A DNA stretch of 64,000 nucleotides from Eledone cirrhosa (GCA_964016885.1 OZ024745.1:18972001-19036000); one strand, 5' to 3'. Shown: positions 12,634 to 24,221, counted from the stretch's first letter. Made by a program: numbers and translations. The notes: generated from the sequence alone by a model not told the origin.

Positions 12634-12680
12634 TGCTTACAGCTGTTTCCTCCAAACCGAGGTTTGGATTCTTCGGAGCA
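12634..12680 (-). ncRNA. Hammerhead ribozyme, core CCGAAGA (U4>C)
   Basis: Minus strand: TGCT-CCGAAGA-A-TCCAAAC ctcg GTTTGGA-G-GAAA-CAGCTG-TA-AGCA; palindromic stem III. Confidence 0.75.
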
Positions 12681-13055
12681 ATTTATTAATGCATGGACAG
12701 TTATATGACCTCCTTTTCAGCCGAGAGACATATCAATACATATTCAAACATTGATACATATTCAAACATTGTGGGTCAACATTCATTACAGAATTTAGAG
12801 TGGCAGTACACACTTCGAGATTACATTTATATTAATAGGTACAATCAAAAAACAAAGATATAGGTTAAAGTACAACATGAAGATAAGTGGTTATATAGTG
12901 CAAATGTTATATGTGTGGCACGCATCTGCGTCTTGTTTATATAGTGTGGCAGAGAGATATGTGTGGTAGAGGCACTTAGGTAGGTAAATAAGAGTGTTAG
13001 GTTGGTAGATCTGGTGGCAAAATCTTTATATATATAATATCTTTATATATAAAAT

Positions 13056-13125
<70 letters not shown>

Positions 13126-13129
13126 ATTT

Positions 13130-13405
13130 TTTAACCGCTGGTCAATCAATGGTAAACATTGATTGCCAGATAAATTAACTATGGAGATATAAAGGATACA
13201 GAAACGAAAACCAACCCAAACCAAACAGTGAGTTCTATTATTATTTCTGGCCAATATTTCAAATCCCGCCGAGGTTGACTTTGCCTTTCATCCTTACGGG
13301 GTCGATAAAATAAAGTACCAGTAATGCACTGGGTAATTGCTGGCCTTGTGCCTAAAGTAGAAACAATTATTTCTGGCCAATATGACCCTCCCCAAATATA
13401 ACAAT
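13130..13405 (+). mobile_element. Older solo PLE 3' end (pLTR fragment) interrupted by a SINE
   Basis: Diverged match to 16880-17040, ending in ATGACCCTCCCAAATATAACAA. Confidence 0.8.
13258..13365 (+). mobile_element. 5'-truncated tRNA-SINE with 18-bp target-site duplication
   Basis: TSD ATTATTTCTGGCCAATAT at 13240-13257 and 13366-13383; core GCCTTTCATCCTTACGGGGTCGATAAAATAAAGTACCAG. Confidence 0.9.
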
Positions 13406-13646
13406 ATATATATATATATATATATATAGTTATACTTGGGGAGGGTCATATTTGCGTAATATTGCCAGAATTAATAACAGAACACACTCACTGTTTGGTT
13501 GGTTTTCGCTTCTCGCTGTCTTTTATTATATCTGCGATCTAACTTACTCGGTCCTCAATGTTGCCATTGACTGACCGGCGGTCAAAAATAATACAGATAC
13601 AATATAGACACAAACACATATATATATATTTATAGTTTACATAATT

Positions 13647-13689
13647 TACATAAATCTTTCGTTGCACATCTGCAACATCGTCAGTGGTG
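13647..13689 (-). ncRNA. Minimal hammerhead ribozyme (inverted pLTR copy)
   Basis: Reverse complement of 16776-16818. Confidence 0.7.
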
Positions 13690-13969
13690 TTATATTCATT
13701 GTTCCTCCTGTTGTGTTGTATGTCTACGCCATTTTTTTTTTGTTCAGTCTGTCTATATATTTATTTATTTATTTGCTTGTTTGTTTATCTTATTTTATTT
13801 TGTCTTCTTTACGCATGCGTTTGCGTGTGTGTATAGTGTTATGTGTGATGTGTGACTAGTGTGTATAGTGTTGTGTCTGCTGGGTGACTAGTGTGTGTTT
13901 ATGTGCTTGTTGTTATTGTGCTTGTGTATGTATTTATTTATCTTATTTTATTTAATTTTATTTACTTAT

Positions 13970-14671
13970 TTATACTTCTCTTAGGTCAGTGTTGTTTGTT
14001 TGGGTGTTGTTGTTGTTCCACTCATTCTTTCTGTTTAGCTTTGGTCTTCTAATTTCTATTTCACTGGCCTCTCTGATTTGCCTATCTGCTGGGTCATTCC
14101 TATGTTTAGATATTATTCTAATTTCTATGTTGTCTATGTTACCGTCATGTTGTTGTCTAGCATGTTCGTATAGTACTGACCCGTTTTTTCGTCCTTTTAG
14201 TTCCCCCCAGTGTTGGTCTATCCTTTCACCTATGCTACGAGCTGTCTCACCTATGTATGCTGTTGTCATGTTTCTGCAAGTACCCTCTGTACATCTTATG
14301 CTATAGACTACGTTTCTAGTTTTACAGTTTATCCGGGGGTTCACCTTACATATGATACACTTCCTATTGGTACAGTGGGTTTTCTTAAAAGGGTAGGTTT
14401 TGCTGATCAGGGATTTTATGGTGGTTCCTGGCTTTTCTACCACCTTTATTTTTAAGTGGGTCTTTCTCAGGGCCTTTCTACACTGGTTAGCTAATTTCCC
14501 TCCAGGGGTGGCGTCCACAAACATGACACTCTGATATCTCTGGTTGTCGTACCATGATGTGGCCTTCCCTATCTTATGTCTAGCCCTATCTAAGCTATTC
14601 CATGATTTGCTCCTGTATAGTGGGCAGATTCCTTTCATGTCCAGTTCTATGAGGGTCTTATACTTTTCCAT
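13970..14671 (-). pseudogene. Inverted duplicate of the PLE C-terminus (GIY-YIG)
   Basis: Identical to the C-terminal 233 aa of ORF 14726 except two visible substitutions (DATP/DATH, TTAY/TTTY). Confidence 0.9.
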
Positions 14672-14725
14672 GGCTCCTTCGTATACTCTTCGTATACTCG
14701 TTCGGTTATACGCCCCATAATCAAG

Positions 14726-16495
14726 ATGTCCCCAGATGTATGTGAAAGTACAGAGGACCTCCTCAGCAGAATCAGTGAGTGCAACAAAAACAGGAGCCTA
14801 TCCAACTGCATAATAGGCAGCATGGATGTAGTGTCACTGTACCCATCCATTAACATTGATTTTGCTGTGAAAAGATGTGTGGAGATGATCATTGAGAGTG
14901 AGGTGGAGTTCTGCGACGTCGACACAGACGAACTGGGCCTTCTACTTAGACTTACCTACGATACTGACTACCTAGACAGCCATGACCTTAGATGTTTCTG
15001 CCCTAGTAGACCTATAAGAGGTAGACCCCCCACCATAACCTCAATGGCTAAAAAGACTCCCATAGGAAGGTGGATTGGGTGGACCAAAGCCATACGGACC
15101 CCCCAAAACACTGATCAGGTAAGAAAAATGGTCGCACATGCAATAGGGGCTAGTATCAAAACTACCCTAAAGGGCCACATATTTAAGTTCAATGAGAAAA
15201 TCTACACCCAAAGTGAGGGAGCAGCCATCGGTGTCAGCATAGCTGGTGATGTTGCCAACCTTTTCATGGTATGGTGGGAAAGGAGACTTAAAGATCTCTT
15301 TAATGAAAGCTCCATAGACCTCATCATGTACTCTCGTTATGTAGACGATATCAATATAGTTATAAGAACACCCCCACTAGAGAGCACTAACAAGTTTGAT
15401 TTAGAACGTAGCACGATGGAAAGCATCCAGCAGATAGCTAATTCCATACACCAGAGTATAACTGTAACTATAGACTTCCCTTCCAAACACCCTAACAATA
15501 GACTACCTGTATTAGACACAGAACTCTGGATTAACACTATAGACGAGAGAGCCCAAATTCTCCACTCACACTATGCTAAACCCATGGCCTCCAAATACCT
15601 GATACTCAAAAACTCAGCAATGTCCAGTAGTGCTAAGTTTAATATTCTGATCGCAGATTTGGTACGAGTGATGAAGAATGTGTCCAGCATGTGCGACCCA
15701 ACAGAAATGGAAGGACACATCCAACACTTCATCAACCGCATGCAGTTCTCTGGCTACAACCAAAGAGACAGAGTCAGAGTATACGAAGGAGCCATGGAAA
15801 AGTATAAGACCCTCATAGAACTGGACATGAAAGGAATCTGCCCACTATACAGGAGCAAATCATGGAATAGCTTAGATAGGGCTAGACATAAGATAGGGAA
15901 GGCCACATCATGGTACGACAACCAGAGATATCAGAGTGTCATGTTTGTGGACGCCACCCATGGAGGGAAATTAGCTAACCAGTGTAGAAAGGCCCTGAGA
16001 AAGACCCACTTAAAAATAAAGGTGGTAGAAAAGCCAGGAACCACCATAAAATCCCTGATCAGCAAAACCTACCCTTTTAAGAAAACCCACTGTACCAATA
16101 GGAAGTGTATCATATGTAAGGTGAACCCCCGGATAAACTGTAAAACTAGAAACGTAGTCTATAGCATAAGATGTACAGAGGGTACTTGCAGAAACATGAC
16201 AACAACATACATAGGTGAGACAGCTCGTAGCATAGGTGAAAGGATAGACCAACACTGGGGGGAACTAAAAGGACGAAAAAACGGGTCAGTACTATACGAA
16301 CATGCTAGACAACAACATGACGGTAACATAGACAACATAGAAATTAGAATAATATCTAAACATAGGAATGACCCAGCAGATAGGCAAATCAGAGAGGCCA
16401 GTGAAATAGAAATTAGAAGACCAAAGCTAAACAGAAAGAATGAGTGGAACAACAACAACACCCAAACAAACAACACTGACCTAAGAGAAGTATAA
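14726..16495 (+). CDS. PLE reverse transcriptase plus C-terminal GIY-YIG endonuclease (N-terminally truncated; Naiad/Neptune-like architecture)
   Basis: RT motifs GSMDVVSLYPSI, QSEGAAIG, RYVDD, LPVLD; linker CxxxxCxxC (CTNRKCIIC); VVYSIRCTEGTC...YIGETARSIGER...R-E...LN. The frame is uninterrupted. Confidence 0.95.
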   Translation: MSPDVCESTEDLLSRISECNKNRSLSNCIIGSMDVVSLYPSINIDFAVKRCVEMIIESEVEFCDVDTDELGLLLRLTYDTDYLDSHDLRCFCPSRPIRGRPPTITSMAKKTPIGRWIGWTKAIRTPQNTDQVRKMVAHAIGASIKTTLKGHIFKFNEKIYTQSEGAAIGVSIAGDVANLFMVWWERRLKDLFNESSIDLIMYSRYVDDINIVIRTPPLESTNKFDLERSTMESIQQIANSIHQSITVTIDFPSKHPNNRLPVLDTELWINTIDERAQILHSHYAKPMASKYLILKNSAMSSSAKFNILIADLVRVMKNVSSMCDPTEMEGHIQHFINRMQFSGYNQRDRVRVYEGAMEKYKTLIELDMKGICPLYRSKSWNSLDRARHKIGKATSWYDNQRYQSVMFVDATHGGKLANQCRKALRKTHLKIKVVEKPGTTIKSLISKTYPFKKTHCTNRKCIICKVNPRINCKTRNVVYSIRCTEGTCRNMTTTYIGETARSIGERIDQHWGELKGRKNGSVLYEHARQQHDGNIDNIEIRIISKHRNDPADRQIREASEIEIRRPKLNRKNEWNNNNTQTNNTDLREV

Positions 16496-16775
16496 ATAAG
16501 TAAATAAAATTAAATAAAATAAGATAAATAAATACATACACAAGCACAATAACAACAAGCACATAAACACACACTAGTCACCCAGCAGACACAACACTAT
16601 ACACACTAGTCACACATCACACATAACACTATACACACACGCAAACGCATGCGCAAAGAAGACAAAATAAAATAAGATAAACAAACAAGCAAATAAATAA
16701 ATAAATATATAGACAGACTGAACAAAAAAAAAATGGCGTAGACATACAACACAACAGGAGGAACAATGAATATAA

Positions 16776-16818
16776 CACCACTGACGATGTTGCAGATGTG
16801 CAACGAAAGATTTATGTA
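16776..16818 (+). ncRNA. Minimal hammerhead ribozyme in PLE 3' UTR/pLTR
   Basis: CA-CTGACGA-T-GTTGCA gatg TGCAAC-GAAA-GATT-TA-TG, at the same position as the HHR at 1125. Stem I is weak. Confidence 0.7.
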
Positions 16819-17081
16819 AATTATGTAAACTATATATATATATATATATGTGTTTGTGTCTATATTTTATCTGTATTATTTTTGACCGCCGGTCAGTCAA
16901 TGGCAACATTGAGGACCGAGTAAGTTAGATCGCAGATATAATAAAAGACAGCGAGAAGCGAAAACCAACCAAACAGTGAGTGTGTTCTGTTATTAATTCT
17001 GGCAATATTACGCAAATATGACCCTCCCCAAGTATAACAATATCTGTTTCGACACACGATTTCATATAAAAAACCTCGCAA

Positions 17082-17178
<97 letters not shown>

Positions 17179-17487
17179 CTTATTTAAACAAGCTAGTAGA
17201 TTTTTATTTGAATGTGCATGTGGTATGCGTATGTAATTTTGTATGTTCGTATGTGTATAGGCATGGATCGTGTGTGTGCAGTTGTATGTGAACAGGAAAC
17301 AGCTATTACAGGCATTTCCGCATACAGCAGCTACATACGTATACAAGCATATACACACTCAATAAGGTGTCAGCTACCTTACCATGCGTACATGCATGTA
17401 AGGAGTACATCTATGTGTCAGTAATGTATTTGTCATGTGTATAAAACATACGAATATATATAATTACAAATATAAGTGGCTAAGTAT

Positions 17488-17553
<66 letters not shown>

Positions 17554-17554
17554 T

Positions 17555-18392
17555 TCTATGTATTGCCACTAGGGCTCAAAAGAAGGGGACAAATACAAGG
17601 GGGGAGTTTACACAAAAAGGCGAGTAAAGAAAACAAATAACAAACATAAAATTAACAATAAAGGCCTCAATAGGGAGGGGGCGTTTGGTGGGTCGCACAC
17701 ACCCCCGAAAAAAGTGTGCAACCCCTTCTCCTCAGGAGCACAGAGAGAGGGTGCTCCCTCGTTCCTTCCTCTTTTCCACCTACAGGATGATGTAGAGAGA
17801 AGGCCCATTCACACGGGCCATTCTCGCCACTTTCACCCACCTTTCATAAAAACGACTGGGGTGGAGCATCTCTCTCTCCATCCTGATCCTTCTTCCGAAA
17901 TGATATCGGAAGAAACGGATCAGTTGTTGGCCAGAGAGAAAGGTGCCTGACCTGAGTCCTTTCAGACGCGTCCACCATACAACCTCTTTCGCCATGGCTA
18001 TTACGCACAGAAACACCACCTCTTCTTCGTTTTTGAAGGGGGAGGAGGCTTAATCGTTACAATGGCCTCGGTTGTCAACCGGATCGGCCCACTCGTGATA
18101 GCAGTCGTTCGACATAGCCCCACAGATCGGCTACGCCCGAGCAGTGTACCAGTGCGTGTGCAACGGTTTCCTCGTCGCGCACGCATCTTGGACAGATCTT
18201 TTTGGCGAGGTCCCTACCCGGGCGCCCGTGTCTGTAGAGCTTTTCTCGAACGGGTAGAGCCCCTCGGTAGCACTGCCAGGCCAGAGACTTCTGGAAGTTG
18301 TCCATAGGTCCCGTGCTGAATGTCCTACCGAACAGGCTGGCCAGTTCGTCTTCCTCCATGACTAGGGCTTCTCCGAATACGGCGTCGCACCT
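17555..18392 (-). mobile_element. 3' fragment of an L1/Tx1-like LINE
   Basis: Frameshifted ORF2 C-terminus: SLAWQCYRGALPVREKL...CPRC...ETVAHALVHC (CCHC zinc knuckle), followed by a 3' UTR next to (GATA)n. Confidence 0.75.
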
Positions 18393-18464
18393 GCATTGGG
18401 TAATTGTTGGCCTTGTGCCAGAAGTAGAAACAATTATTAATATTCGAAAAACTCAGATTACACT

Positions 18465-18495
<31 letters not shown>

Positions 18496-18496
<1 letters not shown>

Positions 18497-19382
18497 AAAT
18501 TAATATTTGATGAACATTTACATGTTATAGTTGCAATTGACTAATAAGATCGCTAGAGTGAAAAATCTTAATTCAACAACATAAGGTCTGCCTGTACGAT
18601 CTAGAAAATAATAAATCAATACTCACAGACTCATATGGGCATAAAGCCTTGGTACCTAGACACGTTTAAAATTCAAAATACAAACTTTTTCCGCAGATCG
18701 GTCAGAACTTCAAACTTCAAACATGTTTCACAAAGGATGGTATAATAGTAAAATAATTAACTAATTAGCAGTGAGTTAATCAACTTTTTCTGTGTTTATC
18801 AATAGGCACCCAGATAAAAATAAAATAACTCAACCTTAGAAAAATATCTAAGGTCTGGTTAGCGTAGCGAAAATACACGAGGTTTTGCACACGGCTTATT
18901 CCAGTCCTCTAACGTCCCACACATAGTGCTAGAAATAACAGCCGTTTGTATGGGATTACAAAATTCAGCTCACCTTGGGGAGCAGTGATAAATAGCTTAG
19001 AGTTTAGACTCAGAGAGGTCATTTACAATCATTTCAGCTCTAGGAATTGCTTCTGAGCAGTATAAATTAATATTTGATGAACATTTACATGTTATAGTTG
19101 CAATTGACTAATAAGATCGCTAGAGTGAAAAATCTTAATTCAACAACATAAGGTCTGCCTGTACGATCTATAAAATATGAGTCTGTGAGTATTGATTTAT
19201 TATTTTCTAGATCGTACAGGCAGACCTTATGTTGTTGAATTAAGATTTTTCACTCTAGCGATCTTATTAGTCAATTGCAACTATAACATGTAAATGTTCA
19301 TCAAATATTAATTTATACTGCTCAGAAGCAATTCCTAGAGCTGAAATGATTGTAAATGACCTCTCTGAGTCTAAACTCTAAG

Positions 19383-19389
<7 letters not shown>
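18496..19389. mobile_element. Non-coding 567-bp unit with partial tandem repeat and 214-bp inverted arm; distant relative of the 1816-2502 element
   Basis: Direct repeats at 18496-18603 and 19063-19170, inverted arm at 19176-19389, (TA)n on both flanks, and shared blocks such as GCTAGAGTGAAAAA, ACTCAGAG and AGCTCTA. Confidence 0.75.
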
Positions 19390-19446
<57 letters not shown>

Positions 19447-19550
19447 TCTTTTACCTGTTCCAGCCATCCGGATGGGGCACCGCTCTTGTTGCTACACATT
19501 TTATCTCTAGCCTGTATTGATTGGCCACAATATATATATATTTAATGTGT

Positions 19551-19602
<52 letters not shown>

Positions 19603-19676
19603 CAGTTCCTGATTATTACTGGAATTCTATAAGAATCCATCCTCTATAATTTTCGGCAGAGGTCGGGGAGTACGTT

Positions 19677-19716
19677 GCTCTGAAGAACACCAACAGTGTG
19701 AAACAGATCTGTCAGC
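19677..19716 (+). ncRNA. Canonical minimal hammerhead ribozyme
   Basis: GCT-CTGAAGA-ACAC caaca GTGT-GAAA-CAGATCTG-TC-AGC; intact core, GUC site, palindromic stem III. Confidence 0.9.
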
Positions 19717-20080
19717 TTCTTTCCCTTCCTTTTGCTGAAAAAAGAAGTAAGTGACATAGTCACTACTTAAAAATAATAGTGCAAGTTCTTCAAAATGTGT
19801 TTAATTAAACACACAGTATATTACCAAATATACTATACATACATTCATGTATACATCGCTATTCAGAACACCAATCCTAATTTATATATATATATAAATG
19901 AAAGGTATAGAAAGTATTGTAGCAAGAAGCCAACAGTATTCCATAATATATATATATATATGGAAAAAATGAAACTTCATATCTCACTCTTAGTACTGCT
20001 GATACTTAAATATAAGTATGTATACGTACATACATATATGTATACAGACGTACAGTAGTATGTATGTACATACATACATG

Positions 20081-20151
<71 letters not shown>

Positions 20152-20270
20152 GTATGGGTTTACCGAACATTTATTATAATGCTCGGTTTGTTTGTAAACA
20201 AACAGCCCGAATTAAGCCGTACAGTGTTCGGCAACCATCGTTTCCCTTTTGTCCAACACTGACAAAGGAA

Positions 20271-20311
20271 CGATGAACTAGTTTCTCGCTTATTAGCTGT
20301 CATCAGCACCG
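20271..20311 (-). ncRNA. Minimal hammerhead ribozyme
   Basis: Minus strand: CGGTG-CTGATGA-CA-GCT aata AGC-GA-GAAA-CTAG-TT-CATCG. Confidence 0.8.
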
Positions 20312-20369
20312 TATACCTTCCTGTCAATCGATTGAACGTTAGAAAGTATATACTTTCCTTATGCATATA

Positions 20370-20408
20370 CGGTGCTGATGAAGCTAATAAGCTAGAAACT
20401 AGTCATCG
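20370..20408 (+). ncRNA. Minimal hammerhead ribozyme (copy with single-nt deletions)
   Basis: CGGTG-CTGATGA-AGCT aata AGCT-A-GAAA-CTAG-T-CATCG. Confidence 0.7.
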
Positions 20409-20544
20409 TGTTGAACAAAGGGGCAACGATGGTTGCCGAACACTGTACGGCTTAATTCGGGCTGTTTGTTTACAAACAAACCGAGCATTATAATAAATGT
20501 TCGGTAAACCCATACGTACATATATATATATATAGAGCTACCTC

Positions 20545-20602
<58 letters not shown>

Positions 20603-20607
<5 letters not shown>

Positions 20608-20900
20608 ACCTCTAACAATTTTAAGGTAAGATTTAATACCCACAAACATAGTTTTAAAAATGCCGCACTAGCTAATACAACATCTCTAGCTGAAATAATT
20701 AATAGTTATAGAAAGGGGAATATAGAATATGACCTGACCTGGAGTGTGCTCAAAATAGTAGAAATGAATGTAGATTATGTTCCCAAGAACTTTTCGAAAT
20801 AAGGAAATCTAAGGATATCCTATTAAATAAGCGACAGGAATTAATAATATCGTGTAATCATAAACTGAGAAAAACCTTTAAATATTATAAACCTAATTAA
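20603..20900 (+). pseudogene. C-terminal GIY-YIG fragment of a different PLE family (not in the ORF track)
   Basis: Manual translation gives ATSNNFKVRFNTHKHSFKN...TTSLAE...YDLTWSVLK and later LLNKRQELIISCNHK...stop, matching the F-K-x-R-x-x-x-H-K-x-S-F...W...LLNKR-x-EL-x-x-x-C-x-H pattern of PLE endonuclease tails. Confidence 0.7.
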
Positions 20901-21325
20901 TATACACTTTAGAAATTAATATATAAATTATTTTTAATTTAGTTAACATATAATTAATATTCTACTACTGATGAACTACATAATTCTGCTTTAAATATTA
21001 TAAACCTAATTAATATACACTTTAGAAATTAATATATAAACTATTTTTAATTTAGTTAACCTATAATTAATATTCTACTACTGATGAACTACATAATTTT
21101 GCTTTCCTTCTTACAAATATCATTTCCTAAAACTGATACCATTAAGTAAACATATATAATGCTTTAACTTCAGGTTATGACTCTATGTTCCTTGAAAATT
21201 ATATATATTTACTATTTCTCACTAATAAATTTAATCCCCCCCCCCAATAATTATATGTATATATAAGTGTGTATGTGTGTGTATATATATGTGTATGTAT
21301 GTATATATGCATGTATGTGTGTAGA

Positions 21326-21423
<98 letters not shown>

Positions 21424-21476
21424 TGTGTATGTGTGTGTGTGTATGTGTATATATATGTATATATATATATATATAA

Positions 21477-21532
<56 letters not shown>

Positions 21533-22200
21533 ATGTGTATATATATGTATATATATATGTGTATAAGTATATATATATATATATTATTTTTATATTCTTT
21601 TAATTTCCCCTCATCTTTAACAGCACTTTTCAACTGCATCTAACTCTTATTTATCATATCTATATGTATTAGTATAATTTTATCAATATAAATATACCCA
21701 TCAATTAAATTAATTTTATATTCTTTTCATAGATGTATTTTTTTCACTAACATTCTTATCTTAAAACTTTGGTCACCTTAGATATTTGTATTGGCATTAC
21801 AATTTTATAACAGCAACTGCTTGTATACCTTTCACTGACCACCTGACCTATTTTCACCCCTAAAATAAGCTTCAATTACTACTATTTTACCATTTGGCCA
21901 ATTATTAACTTTCTATTGGTTAACTCTAAACCTCTTACCAAATAGACAGAATATATTAGATCTTTGTTGGTTTTATTCAATGAGCAAATAAAATTATTTC
22001 TGAGGTCAGCAAAATAATCCTTCATTCATAATATTCTTTTCCATCCAAAACTGAAATCTACCTTCCTCTACCCATAATTTAAGGTTCTTTTACTACTATA
22101 TTACTATCTTGACCCTCACTATCTCCTGATTGGTCAATTCAAAACCTGTTCCCAAACAGACCTATTGTATTGAATCTTTGTTTTTTTCAATAAACAAATA

Positions 22201-22342
22201 TCATTATTTCTGAAGACAGCATATATATGTGTAGGTATGTATATTCCCTCTGAGAGTTTGTATAAATATTGTACATAGATCTATAGAATATGCATACCAA
22301 CTCTAACACATATATATCCTAGAAACGATCGTAAAATGATGA
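22201..22342 (+). ncRNA. Hammerhead ribozyme with ~100-nt extended stem II
   Basis: TCATTATTT-CTGAAGA-C-AG cATATATATGTGT...ACACATATATATc CT-A-GAAA-CGATCG-TA-AAATGATGA; 9-bp stem I and palindromic stem III. Confidence 0.8.
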
Positions 22343-22496
22343 ATTTTTTTTAATATAAGGAACTGTTTCTTAGTTTATTCATTATTTTATTAATTTATAT
22401 ATATATATATATTTATGTGTGTGTGTGCATGTATGTATATACATACTACTGTACGTCTGTATACATATATGTATGTACGTATACATACTTATATAT

Positions 22497-22530
<34 letters not shown>

Positions 22531-22575
22531 TATGGAATACTGTTGGCTTTTTGCACAATATTTTCTATACCTTTC

Positions 22576-22664
<89 letters not shown>

Positions 22665-22924
22665 GCACGAACCTAATACCAACACTGTTCGTACTGCACT
22701 CTTTGTTGTTGTTGTTTTTGTTTTATACTTATATATATATATATATGGGTGTGTATGTGTGTATATATATATACATATAATGTGTGTGTGACATATAGAT
22801 ATGTGTGTGTGTGTGGATAGATTGAATGATGGATATATAACCGCATACACGGAGTTAATCTACCCGTTGTTGTGCACCGAACTAAATCATTCGATTTATT
22901 TATAAAAATGTGTTTACTGACATC

Positions 22925-23220
22925 TCACTCTCTCTCTCTCTCTCTCTCTCTCTCGGTCTCTCTCACTCTCTCTCTCTCTCACTCTTTCTCTCTTTCTCTC
23001 CCTCTCTATCTATCTATCTCTCCGTCTCCCACTTTCTCTCCCTTTCTTTTTATCTCTCTCACTCTCTCTCTCTCTCTCTCCCTTTTGCTTTATCCCTTTC
23101 CCTCTCCCTCTCTCTCTCCCTTTCTCTCTATCTCTTTCTCTCTTTCCCCTCACCCTCTTTCTCTGTCTCTCTCACTCTATTTTCCTCTCTCTCTCTCTCT
23201 ATCTACCTATTTATTTATTT

Positions 23221-23297
<77 letters not shown>

Positions 23298-23400
23298 TCA
23301 CACTCTCTCCGTCTCTTTCACTCTCGCTCTCTCAATTTTATTATCTCCCTCTCTCTCCCTCCCTTTCACTCCCTTATTCTCTCCCACTCTCTCTTCGTCT
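22925..23400 (+). repeat. Polypyrimidine (CT)n-rich tract
   Basis: About 470 bp of almost pure C/T. Confidence 0.9.
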
Positions 23401-23458
23401 CTTTATCGATCGATATCTATCCTCATCAGTCAATGAGAAGCTCCACTAATGAACCATA

Positions 23459-23521
<63 letters not shown>

Positions 23522-23657
23522 AAATGTGTGAATGAATTACGTTCTCTTTATCTATAATAACTATATGCATATATATATATATGTGTGTGTGTGTATGTAC
23601 ATATGTGTGTGTGTATGTGTGTGTGTACGTGTGAATGTGTGTGAGTGTGTGTGTGTG

Positions 23658-23690
<33 letters not shown>

Positions 23691-23791
23691 GTGTGAGGGA
23701 GAAAGAGAGTGATAGTGAGGAGGAGGAGGAGGAGGAGGGAGGGGAGAGAGGAGCAAAAGAGAGAGAGAAAGGAGGAAGAGAGCCCCACACT

Positions 23792-23985
23792 AATAATAGT
23801 TGTTTCTATTTTAGGCACAAGGCCAGCAATAACCCAGTGCATTACTGGTACTTTATTTTATCAACCCCGTAAGGATGAAAGGCAAAGTCAACCTCGGCGG
23901 GATTTGAACTCAGATCGTAAAGGGACGTAACTATGCTGGAAAGCATGGCGTCCGACCTTCTACTGATACTGCCAATTCACCGCCC
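23792..23985 (-). mobile_element. tRNA-derived SINE with Nin/Deu-like core; other copies at ~31853-32040(+), 34168-34305(-), 39150-39440(-), 40108-40300(-), 47517-47705(+), 49780-49965(-)
   Basis: Family consensus has an A-box-like GGTGGATTGGCAGTATCGGTAGAG, a B-box GAGTTCAAATCCC, core GCCTTTCATCCTTACGGGGTCGATAAAATAAAGTACCAG and an (ATT)n tail. Confidence 0.85.
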
Positions 23986-24147
23986 TGGGGAGGAGGAGAG
24001 AGAGAGAAAAGAAGAAGAGAGAGGGGGGAGGAGCAAGAGAGAGAAAGGAGGAAGAGAGCCCCACACTAATAATACTACTGGTATAATAATAACATTTGTA
24101 CAGCCTCTTCGTTTTTCTGTTTTTTTGTTCTCTGTTTACTTTAAAAA

Positions 24148-24180
<33 letters not shown>

Positions 24181-24221
24181 TACACACACACACACACATA
24201 TCTGGTGATCTTGGTACTCCC

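Larger units (their letters stand above)
13428..17040 (+). mobile_element. Young 5'-truncated Penelope-like element with a ~1.26-kb inverted copy of its 3' end
   Basis: 13428-14688 is a near-identical reverse complement of ~15776-17040. Both ends terminate in ACCCTCCCCAAGTATAAC near TA-rich sequence. Confidence 0.95.
19895..22580. mobile_element. Fold-back element with two divergent HHRs at its centre; right arm interrupted by a PLE fragment
   Basis: Inverted arm pairs: 20148-20316/20366-20520, 20012-20085/22425-22490 and 19895-19947/22529-22580. Confidence 0.7.

Noticed and set aside
14726-17040. Selenoprotein-type PLE (in-frame UGA plus SECIS, known in some Naiad elements)
   Set aside because: No in-frame TGA in the visible ORF and no SECIS recognised by eye. 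The missing N-terminus cannot be assessed.
20875-21105. CTGATGA motifs in a ~119-bp tandem duplication
   Set aside because: No stem II or GAAA partner found.
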